Positions 38,780 to 48,497 of a DNA stretch of 64,000 bases are shown here, in pieces. Every line of letters starts with the position of its first letter. Position 1 is the stretch's first letter. The stretch is from NCBI GenBank assembly GCA_035656735.1, contig DASRRY010000047.1, forward strand, positions 9,500 to 73,499. Direction: 5' to 3'. The notes under the pieces were generated by a model. The model saw only the letters and a list, made by a program, of their open reading frames with translations, did no database searches and was not told where the DNA came from. Source of the DNA: Usitatibacter sp. Lineage in GTDB: Bacteria > Pseudomonadota > Gammaproteobacteria > Burkholderiales > Usitatibacteraceae. A program made the translations under genes and the position numbers.

Positions 38780-38916
38780 GGGGCTCATCCGGGACATTCC
38801 TGGTTTCGTCGAGGGGCACATTGTCGCCTTTGCGCGGTATTGCGGCGTCGTTGATGAACCGCGCGCCGCGTTTGGGGTCGGTCAGAGGCCGCCCCCCGCA
38901 TCGGAGCCGCCCTTCC

Positions 38917-39627
38917 ATGCTGCTGAATTCGCCCGCGGCCGCGCCGGCACAGAACAAGCTCCTGGCCCTGCTGCCACCGGCGGACCGCAAGCGCGTACTC
39001 GAGCGGTGCGAGCCCGTGAGCCATGACGTCGAGGAAATCCTCGCGGAGGAAGGCGAGCCCATCCGCAATGCCTGGTTCCCGACCACCGGAGTGATCTCCC
39101 AGATCCAGCCGAGCGAGTCGGGTTGGATCGAGGTGGCGCTCGTCGGGTACGAAGGCATGGTCGGAGTGGGGCTCGTCATGGGCGTGCCGAAGTCCATCGT
39201 GATCGCGACCACCCAGGCGCCCGGCGAGCTGCTGCGCATGCCGGCGCGGGCGTTCAACGCCGAGGTCGAGCGCAGCAGCACGCTGCGCAGGCTGGCGGGC
39301 GCGTACGCGTACGTGCAGATGAAGCAGATGGCGCTCGCGGCGGCCTGCAACCGCTACCACCTGGTCGAGCAGCGCCTCGCGCGCTGGCTGCTCATGGCCT
39401 CCGATCGCGTGCGCTCGCGCCGCTTCCGCATGACCCACGACGTGATGGCCCAGATGCTGGGCGTGCGCCGCACCGGCGTCACCAGCGCCGCCTCGGCGCT
39501 CCAGGGACGCAACCTGCTGCGCTACCACCGCGGAACCATCGAGATCCTCGACCGTCCCGGCCTCGAGAACGTGAGCTGCGAGTGCTACCGCCTGCAGCTC
39601 GAGGCGTACGACCTGATCATGAAGTAA
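38917..39627 (+). CDS. Crp/Fnr-family transcriptional regulator
   Basis: An N-terminal cNMP-binding-like beta-roll (FPTTGVISQI...VGYEGMVG) and a C-terminal HTH (MTHDVMAQMLGVRRTGVTSAASALQGRNLL). Start trimmed to ATG 38917. Confidence 0.8.
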   Translation: MLLNSPAAAPAQNKLLALLPPADRKRVLERCEPVSHDVEEILAEEGEPIRNAWFPTTGVISQIQPSESGWIEVALVGYEGMVGVGLVMGVPKSIVIATTQAPGELLRMPARAFNAEVERSSTLRRLAGAYAYVQMKQMALAAACNRYHLVEQRLARWLLMASDRVRSRRFRMTHDVMAQMLGVRRTGVTSAASALQGRNLLRYHRGTIEILDRPGLENVSCECYRLQLEAYDLIMK

Positions 39628-39745
39628 GGATCGGTCGCGTACAGGGCGGGCGGCGGGAGGCCTGCCGCGATGCGATCCTGCGGTGATTGTCCGGTAGCGG
39701 ACCGTGCTGGCGGCGGTGCGTGCCATCCCGCAAGATGCCGGCGTG

Positions 39746-40615
39746 ATGCATGAGCTCAAGAGGGGGTCCGCGATCGATCCCGAATCGCTCGCGGGCGACC
39801 CGCAATCCGCCGCGCCGCGCTCGCGCCTGCGCCTGGGAGCGCTCACCGCCCGCATCCTGGGCGCCCCAGGCGAGCCGCCGGCCGAGCTGCACCTCGACGA
39901 AGTGCGCGTCCTCGCCCCCGCCACCTTCGCCCGCATGGCGTTCGACGGCGCGGCGGAACCCGAGATCGTGCGCGCGCCCCACGTCTGCATCGTGCCGCCG
40001 GGACAGCGCCTGCACGTGCGCATGGATGCGGGCTCCGAGGGGATCCTGGTCTCGTTCGACACGCTGCTCTGCGAGGAGCGCGCGATCCGCGTCCAGGGCC
40101 GGCCCGCGCGCGTCACCACGGCGCGGGCGGCGATCGACCCGGTGCTGCGCGACGGGCTCGAGTCCATCGCGGGCGAGATGCGCACGGGCCGTGCGCGCGA
40201 TGCGGACGGCACGGATTCACGCTGCGACGAGCTCGCGCTGCACCTCGCGTCGGCGTACGGCAGCAGCGAGCCGCCCTCGAATTGCGCGGGGCTCGCCCGG
40301 CCGCGGCTGGAACGGGTGCTGGCGCTGATCGAGCAGAACCTCGCCGAAGCCCTGCCCGTCTCGGAGCTCGCGCAGGCGGTGCACCTGAGCCCCTTCCACT
40401 TCTCGCGCATGTTCCGCGTGTCGACCGGCCGCTCGCCCCACGAATGGATCATGCTCAAGCGCATGGCGCGCGCGAAGGCGCTGCTCGCCGCCTCGCACCT
40501 GTCGCTGCCCGAAGTCGCGAGGGCCTCGGGCTACCGGACCCACTCGCACTTCAGCGGCATGTTCCACGCCGTGGTCGGGATGACGCCGGGCCAGTACCGC
40601 GCCCGGCACGGCTAG
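39746..40615 (+). CDS. AraC-family transcriptional regulator
   Basis: C-terminal double HTH: VSELAQAVHLSPFHFSRMFR...ARASGYRTHSHFSGMFHAVVGMTPGQYR. The start is uncertain (ATG 39746 or 39704). Confidence 0.8.
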   Translation: MHELKRGSAIDPESLAGDPQSAAPRSRLRLGALTARILGAPGEPPAELHLDEVRVLAPATFARMAFDGAAEPEIVRAPHVCIVPPGQRLHVRMDAGSEGILVSFDTLLCEERAIRVQGRPARVTTARAAIDPVLRDGLESIAGEMRTGRARDADGTDSRCDELALHLASAYGSSEPPSNCAGLARPRLERVLALIEQNLAEALPVSELAQAVHLSPFHFSRMFRVSTGRSPHEWIMLKRMARAKALLAASHLSLPEVARASGYRTHSHFSGMFHAVVGMTPGQYRARHG

Positions 40616-40956
40616 AGGGACTTGGTCGGGCGCTTGCGCAGCGCCGCCGGCATCGTGAGGGTGGCGCGGTCCCAGCCCTCCAGCTCGAGCACCTCGTCGA
40701 GGCAACGCTCGAGGCGCGCGTGCGCTTCCGCCGTCGCCGCGGCGATCAGCGCATGGACGTGCCGGTTCGTGTCGTCGGTGTCTTCGCACTTCTGCTGGTA
40801 GTCGTACAGGTCGCGCAGCTCGAGCAGCGTCGTGGCGACCTGCGCGGGACATGCGCACTGGTAGACCAGCGCCTGGTCGATGATGCGCCCGATGTCTTCC
40901 GGGCTGTACGTCGTCTCGAGCTCCACGCAGCCGGCTCCCTTCAGAAGGACACGCAT
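40612..40956 (-). CDS. Hypothetical 114-aa Cys-containing protein coupled to the REC-cyclase gene
   Basis: MRVLLKGAGCVELETT...YQCACPAQV...QQKCEDTDD...ERCLDEV. Good codon bias. The start lies 16 nt inside the 3' end of the upstream cyclase gene. No family recognised. Confidence 0.6.
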   Translation of the reverse strand: MRVLLKGAGCVELETTYSPEDIGRIIDQALVYQCACPAQVATTLLELRDLYDYQQKCEDTDDTNRHVHALIAAATAEAHARLERCLDEVLELEGWDRATLTMPAALRKRPTKSL

Positions 40957-41954
40957 TCGATCGGCGCGGGAAAGCCGCGCAGGTTCACCGCCCGCGTCGG
41001 CTGCGCGTGGGCGCGCGTGACCGCCGCGGCGCGCACGAGCTTCGGCGTCGCCACGATCTCGCCCTCGTTGGCGATGCTGCAGAGGCGCGCGGCGAGGTGC
41101 ACCGTGGCGCCGATCACGTCGTACTGCTGGCGGCCCGGCTCGCCGATGAGGCCGCTCATCACCAGCCCCTCGGCGACGCCCATTCCCACGCGCAGCGTGT
41201 CGCGATAGGGCGCGGTTCGATCCAGGCGCTGCAGGGCGAGCGCGCAGCGCAGCGCGAGGTGCGAGCGGCCGCGCCCGCTGAACGCGGCGAGCAGCCCGTC
41301 ACCGGTGAACTTGACGATGGAGCCGCCGGACTCGCGCACGATGGCGCCCTGGTCGCTTAAGCCCCGGTTGATCGCCTCGAACCATTCGGGCAGCGGCACC
41401 GACGACACCAGCTCCGTCGAGCGCCGGATGTCGGTGAAGAGGACCGCCTGCTCGGAGAGCTGCGCGCGCGTGCCGCCGGAGTCGATCCACGAGCGGCCGC
41501 CCTCGGAGACGAGGCTCGCATAGAGGCCGGCGCGATGGTCCGAGGCGCGCCGCGAGACGAGGTGGCCCAGCAGGCGGAAGATCGCGTCGCCGGCGACGGG
41601 CTTGCGCACGATCTCGTCGATCGCGCCGCTGCGCGAGCGGAAATCCTCGACCTGCTGCATCGGCACGCCGGAAGCCGCGAGCACGATGATCGGCGCTCCG
41701 CCCGCGTCGCTGCGCGCGAGGCGGCAGGCCTCGAGCTCGTGCGGACGCTCGCTGTGGAAATCGAAGATCACGACGTCGAACCGGTCGAAGCGCAGGCGCT
41801 CGCGCAGCGCCTCCGCGGTGGGCGGCACCACGGCCGCGCGGTGCCCGCGCGCCGCGATGCGCTCGACCAGCAACGCGCTCGCGCGCGGCTCCGAATCGAC
41901 CAGCAGCACGGCGTGGCTGCGCGTCGCCGCTTCGGCGGCGATCTTCGAAGACAT
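40941..41954 (-). CDS. Response-regulator receiver fused to a class III adenylate/guanylate cyclase domain
   Basis: REC: LLVDSE, VVIFDF, VLAASG, VRKPV. Cyclase: VLFTDIRRST, VKFTGDGLLAAF, LRVGMGVAEG, YDVIGATVHLAARL. ATG 41954 follows AAGGGA. Confidence 0.85.
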   Translation of the reverse strand: MSSKIAAEAATRSHAVLLVDSEPRASALLVERIAARGHRAAVVPPTAEALRERLRFDRFDVVIFDFHSERPHELEACRLARSDAGGAPIIVLAASGVPMQQVEDFRSRSGAIDEIVRKPVAGDAIFRLLGHLVSRRASDHRAGLYASLVSEGGRSWIDSGGTRAQLSEQAVLFTDIRRSTELVSSVPLPEWFEAINRGLSDQGAIVRESGGSIVKFTGDGLLAAFSGRGRSHLALRCALALQRLDRTAPYRDTLRVGMGVAEGLVMSGLIGEPGRQQYDVIGATVHLAARLCSIANEGEIVATPKLVRAAAVTRAHAQPTRAVNLRGFPAPIECVSF

Positions 41955-42103
41955 GGTTTGCATCCCTTGGGCGACGAGCGCCCCGCCCATTGTAGGCGAT
42001 GCACGTTCGTTCCGATACAATTGTTGACACTCTGCGCGTGCCTCGTGGGCGAAGATCCCCGAGGCGGCCGACGTCCGTCCGGATCCCCGCGCACATCGAA
42101 CCC

Positions 42104-45100
42104 ATGCGCCAGCGACTTCGCCTTGGCCCGCCCGTCGCGATCTGGGCCGGTGCCGCCCTCCTCATCGCCGGCCTCTGGGCCGCCGCCCTGCACTTCATCG
42201 CGGCGGACCGCGAGCAGGCCATCGCCTCGGCGCAGCGCGAGCACGCGAACCTCGCGTTCACGCTCGGCGAGCACAACTCACGCGCCCTGCGCAACGTCGA
42301 GACGGCGCTGCGCAACGCGGCCAAGCAATGGGAGCAGGGACGCGAGCCCCCCGAGCGCGATCCCGATCGCGGCCACCTCGTGGGCCGCATCCTGCTCGCG
42401 GATGCCGCCGGACGCATCGTCGCAGGCGACGGCCGGCAGCTCGATGCCAGCGGGCAGGAGTACTTCCGGGCCGCGCGGGACAGCCGCTCGCGTGCGCTGC
42501 ATGTCTCCGCGCCCATCACCGGTCGCATAAGCGGCACCCGCATCATTCCGTTGAGCCTGCGGCTCGAGGACGCGTCGGGCCGTTTCGGCGGCGTGATCGC
42601 GGCGTCGCTCACTCCGTCGTACTTCAGCCGGCTCTACGGCCAGGCGGACCTGGGCTCCCACGGCTCCGTGGTGCTGATGGGCACCGACGGCATCGTGCGC
42701 GCGGCCCGCGCGCATTCGAACCGGGCGCCCGGCGAGGACGCGAGCCGGTCGCAGCTCCTGCGCCGGCAGAAGGAGCAGCCCGACGGCCACTTTCGCGCGC
42801 CGGGCCTGCGCGACGGCATCCCGCGCTACTTTTCGTACCACACGCTGGGCGAATATCCGTCGCTCGTGATCGCCGTGGGCCGCAGCGAGGCCGACGTCCT
42901 CGCCGCCCACCAGCGCATGGCGACGATGGGGTTCGCGCTGGCCGCGTTCGCCAGCGCCGTCATCGCGGCGCTCGCGGGCTTCGCGGCCTTCGCGGTCAGG
43001 CGGCAGCGCCGGCACATGGATGCCCTCGCCGCGAGCGAGGCGCGCTTCCGCGACATCTACGAGCACGCGGTCGAGGGGATCTACCGCACGACGCGCGACG
43101 GGCGGGTCGTCGCCGCGAATCCCGCGATGGCGCGGATGGCGGGCTACGACTCGCCGGAGCAGTTCATGGCAGCCGTGAATGTGTGCGACACCTATCGCCG
43201 CCCGGAGCTGCGCGCGAAGCTGCAGGAGATCATCGACACGCACGGCCGCGTGAGCGACTTCGAGTACGAGCTGCTGCGGCGCGACGGCACGTTCATCTGG
43301 GCGTCCCTCAACGCCCGCGGGGTGCCGGACGAGTCGGGGCGCGTCACGCATTACGAAGGGTTCATCACCGACATCACCGGGCGCAAGCGCGAGGAGGAGA
43401 TGCGCGAGCAGGCGTCGCAGCTGGCGCTGCGCCGCTACCGCGAGCTCCTCGCGCGGCTGGGCATCCTCGCGGTGAATCTCGGCGAGGCGGCCGACGTGCA
43501 CGGCATCTATCGCGCCGTGCTGGCGTTCGCACGCGAGTCCGCCCCCGTGGACGGGCTCTTCGTGTCGCTGCTGGACGGCGAGCGGCGCGAGCGGCACCGC
43601 GTCTTCGCCTGGAGGGACGGCCGGCAGCAGGACGTGGCGGCGCTGCCGCCGCTGCCGATGACGTCGAGCCCCCACAGCCGCGCCATCGCGACGGGATGCG
43701 TCGTGGTGACCGACGACCTGCGCGCCGCGCCCGCGGAACCGCAGCACCACGGCGCGGGCAGCGCGATCGACGCGCGCCCCGCCCACTCCTCGCTCGTGGT
43801 CCCGATGCAGGTGATGGGACGCGTCATCGGCGGCCTGGAGGTGCAGTCGGTGCAGCCGGCGGCATATCGCGAGGAGCACGTGGTGGCGCTGCAGGTCGCG
43901 GCACCCTTCATCGCGATGGCGCTGGACAACGTGCGCCTGCTCGCCGAGGAGCGCGCGCATCGCAGCCGTGCCGAGCAGGCGGAGCGGCGCAGCGCCGCCA
44001 TCGTCGATTCCGCCATGGATGCCATCATCACGATCGACGTGGACGGCCGCGTCGTCGATTTCAACCCGGCCGCCGAGAAGCTCTTCGGCATCCCGCGCCG
44101 GCAGGCGCTCGGCCGCTCGATGACCGATCTCGTCGTGCCGGCCTGGCTGCGCGACGAATACCGCGAGGCGCTCGACGAATGCCTGCACGAGGGCCGCACG
44201 AGCGTCGTGGGCACGCGCGTGGAGACCACCGCCCTGCGCGGCGACGGCCATGTCTTCCCGGTCGAGGTGTCGGTCACCCGCGTGCCGGCGAGCGACCCGC
44301 CGCTCGTCACCGCATTCCTGCGCGACATCACCGAGCGGCAGCGCGCGGTGCTGGCACTGCGCCAGAGCGAGGCGCGCTACCGCGAGGCGGCCGACGAGCT
44401 GGCGCACGTGATCGACGGCTCGCTCGACGCGATCTGCGTCTTCGACGAGGAGGGCCGCTTCCTGCGCGTGAGCGCGGCCTGCCAGCTCATCTGGGGCCAC
44501 GCGCCCGCGGAGCTCGTCGGTCACCGCCTGCTCGACATGGTGCATCCCGACGACGCCGCGAAGACGCTCGAATCGGGCCGGCGCGTGAAGGCGGGACAAG
44601 CCACGCGCGAGTTCGAGAACCGCTGCGTGCGGGCCGACGGGCACGTGGCCCACGTGATGTGGTCGGCGCGCTGGCGCGCGGAGGACCGCACCATCCTCTG
44701 CGTCGCGCGCGACGTGACCCAGGGCAAGCTCATGGCCGAGGCCAACCGCCACCTCGCGAGCCGCCTGCACGAGGCGCTGGAGAACCTCACGTCCGGTTTC
44801 GCGACGCTGGACCGGAACTGGCGCGTGACGTACGTGAACCGCCATGCCGAAACCGTGCTGGGCCTGGCGCGCGAGACCCTGGTGGGCGGCATCGTGTGGG
44901 ACGTCGTGCCGGGGCTCACGGGTTCCCCGTTCGAGACCCAGTACCGACGCGCCATGGACGAGCGCGTGACCGTCGAGTTCCAGGACCTGCTGCCGCTCTT
45001 CGGGCGCTGGTTCGAGGTGCGCGCGTACCCGACGGTGGACGGAGGCCTCGCCCTCTACTTCCACGACGTGACCGAGCGCCAGCGTGCGCTGCGCATGCTC

Positions 45101-46618
45101 GAGGAGTCGGAGCGGCGTTTCGAGCACGTGGCGCTGGCGACGAGCGACGCGGTGTGGGACTGGTGCCGCGAGACGGGGGCGCTCTGGTGGAGCGAGGGAC
45201 TCAAGGCGCTCTTCGGCTACGAAGCCGACGGCGAGATGGCGCGCCTGCAGGGCTGGATCGACGCGATCCACCCGGAGGATCGCGATCGCATCGTGGCGAG
45301 CTACCACGACACCATCGACTCGGGCGCCGCGCGCTGGTCCAGCGAGTACCGCTTCCGCCGCCAGGACGGCACCTATGCGTTCGTGATGGACCATGCCTCG
45401 ATCCTGAGGGACGAGGCCGGGCGCGCCGTGCGCCTGGTCGGCGGCATGACCGACATCACCGAGCGGCGCGAGCTCGAGCGCCAGCTCATGCGCACGCAGC
45501 GCATCGAGAGCCTGGGCACGCTCGCGGGCGGCATCGCGCATGACCTGAACAACGTCTTCACGCCGATCATGATGGGCCTGGACCTCCTCGATGGCGACGC
45601 CGCCGGCGAGGGCGCCGAGATCGTCGCGATGCTGCGCACCAGCGCCATGCGCGGCGCCGAGATGGTGAAGCAGGTGCTGCATTTCGCGCGCGGCATGGAG
45701 GGCGAGCGCCTCGAGGTGAAGCCGCGGCTCCTGTACGACGAGATCGAGCGCATGATCCGCGAGACCTTCCCGCGCAACATCGAGATGCACGTGCGCTGCG
45801 ATGCGCGCCTCGCGACCGTGACGGGAGATCCCACCCAGCTGCACCAGGTGCTGCTGAACCTGTGCGTGAACGCGCGCGATGCGATGCCGCGCGGAGGCAA
45901 GCTCATGCTGCGGGCGCGCGAGGCGCGCATCCAGGGGGCGGCACGCGCGGTGAATGGGGAGATCCCGCCGGGACACTACGTCGTGCTCGAGGTGCAGGAC
46001 GACGGCTGCGGCATCGGCGAGGCGGTGCTCGAGCGCATCTTCGACCCGTTCTTCACGACCAAGGCCCATGGCGAGGGCACGGGGCTCGGGCTTTCCACGT
46101 CGCTTGCGATCGTGCGCAAGCACCAGGGCTTCATGCAGGTGACGAGCGAGCCGGGCGCCGGCAGCCGCTTCTGCGTGTACCTGCCCGCGAACGAGACGGC
46201 GCGGCCGGCCGAGCGCGCGCCGGATTTCCCGCCCGCGGCGCACGCGGCGGGCGAGACCATCCTGCTCGTCGAGGACGAGGCCGGCATCCGCGAGCTCGCG
46301 CGGCGCGCCCTGGAGGCGGCGGGTTACCGCGTCGTCACGGCGGAGCACGGCGCGGCGGCGCTCGCGGCCTTCCGCGACAACGCGTGCATCGACCTCGTCG
46401 TGACCGACATGATGATGCCGGTGATGGATGGGGCGCGCCTCGCGCGGGCGCTGGGCGAGCTGGCACCCGCGGTGCCGGTGATCTGCACGAGCGGCATCGC
46501 GCCGGCCGGACCACCCGCGGCCGCGTTGACCGGTGCCGCGTTCCTCGCGAAGCCCTACACCAGCGAGCGGCTGCTGGCCGCGGTGCGCAAGGCGCTGCCG
46601 GACCGGGCCGCGGCCTGA
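42104..46618 (+). CDS. Hybrid sensor histidine kinase (periplasmic sensor domain, multiple PAS, GAF, HisKA/HATPase, C-terminal receiver)
   Basis: Two TM segments flank a ~270-aa extracytoplasmic domain. Repeated PAS cores (RFRDIYEHAVEGIYRTT, DAIITIDVDGRVVDFNPAAEKLFG, etc.) and a GAF-like block. H-box AGGIAHDLNNVFT; N/G boxes LNLCVNARDAM, DDGCGIG, GTGLGLS. REC: ILLVEDE, LVVTDMMMPVMDG, AKPY. Confidence 0.9.
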   Translation: MRQRLRLGPPVAIWAGAALLIAGLWAAALHFIAADREQAIASAQREHANLAFTLGEHNSRALRNVETALRNAAKQWEQGREPPERDPDRGHLVGRILLADAAGRIVAGDGRQLDASGQEYFRAARDSRSRALHVSAPITGRISGTRIIPLSLRLEDASGRFGGVIAASLTPSYFSRLYGQADLGSHGSVVLMGTDGIVRAARAHSNRAPGEDASRSQLLRRQKEQPDGHFRAPGLRDGIPRYFSYHTLGEYPSLVIAVGRSEADVLAAHQRMATMGFALAAFASAVIAALAGFAAFAVRRQRRHMDALAASEARFRDIYEHAVEGIYRTTRDGRVVAANPAMARMAGYDSPEQFMAAVNVCDTYRRPELRAKLQEIIDTHGRVSDFEYELLRRDGTFIWASLNARGVPDESGRVTHYEGFITDITGRKREEEMREQASQLALRRYRELLARLGILAVNLGEAADVHGIYRAVLAFARESAPVDGLFVSLLDGERRERHRVFAWRDGRQQDVAALPPLPMTSSPHSRAIATGCVVVTDDLRAAPAEPQHHGAGSAIDARPAHSSLVVPMQVMGRVIGGLEVQSVQPAAYREEHVVALQVAAPFIAMALDNVRLLAEERAHRSRAEQAERRSAAIVDSAMDAIITIDVDGRVVDFNPAAEKLFGIPRRQALGRSMTDLVVPAWLRDEYREALDECLHEGRTSVVGTRVETTALRGDGHVFPVEVSVTRVPASDPPLVTAFLRDITERQRAVLALRQSEARYREAADELAHVIDGSLDAICVFDEEGRFLRVSAACQLIWGHAPAELVGHRLLDMVHPDDAAKTLESGRRVKAGQATREFENRCVRADGHVAHVMWSARWRAEDRTILCVARDVTQGKLMAEANRHLASRLHEALENLTSGFATLDRNWRVTYVNRHAETVLGLARETLVGGIVWDVVPGLTGSPFETQYRRAMDERVTVEFQDLLPLFGRWFEVRAYPTVDGGLALYFHDVTERQRALRMLEESERRFEHVALATSDAVWDWCRETGALWWSEGLKALFGYEADGEMARLQGWIDAIHPEDRDRIVASYHDTIDSGAARWSSEYRFRRQDGTYAFVMDHASILRDEAGRAVRLVGGMTDITERRELERQLMRTQRIESLGTLAGGIAHDLNNVFTPIMMGLDLLDGDAAGEGAEIVAMLRTSAMRGAEMVKQVLHFARGMEGERLEVKPRLLYDEIERMIRETFPRNIEMHVRCDARLATVTGDPTQLHQVLLNLCVNARDAMPRGGKLMLRAREARIQGAARAVNGEIPPGHYVVLEVQDDGCGIGEAVLERIFDPFFTTKAHGEGTGLGLSTSLAIVRKHQGFMQVTSEPGAGSRFCVYLPANETARPAERAPDFPPAAHAAGETILLVEDEAGIRELARRALEAAGYRVVTAEHGAAALAAFRDNACIDLVVTDMMMPVMDGARLARALGELAPAVPVICTSGIAPAGPPAAALTGAAFLAKPYTSERLLAAVRKALPDRAAA

Positions 46619-46622
46619 GGCC

Positions 46623-48407
<1,785 letters not shown>

Positions 48408-48497
48408 GGGATGGGTCGGTCCGGGGCGATGCTGCACTGCAAAAGCAATATTGTGAGGCAATCCGCCCGGACCGTGGGATGCCGCAGAATAACGGCC

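Noticed and set aside
40612-40615. Convergent gene pairs sharing a CTAG as overlapping stop codons (40612-40615, and again at 51565-51568 for amt/ComEA-like)
   Set aside because: The overlap is real, since TAG on one strand reads as CTA on the other. It is most simply a coincidence of compact convergent gene ends, and I can support no functional implication.
42278-46348. 1356-aa minus-strand ORF antisense to the hybrid kinase gene
   Set aside because: It is a shadow ORF typical of high-GC DNA. The product is dominated by Arg/Ala/Gly/His/Asp runs with no family motif. The plus-strand frame carries unambiguous PAS/HisKA/HATPase/REC motifs.
48425-48470. Sigma-54-like element (GCAC-N..-GCA) in the glnS / secreted-protein divergent region
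   Set aside because: The mandatory GG of the -24 box is absent (the sequence reads TGCTGCACTGCAAAAGCAAT), so there is no supportable match.
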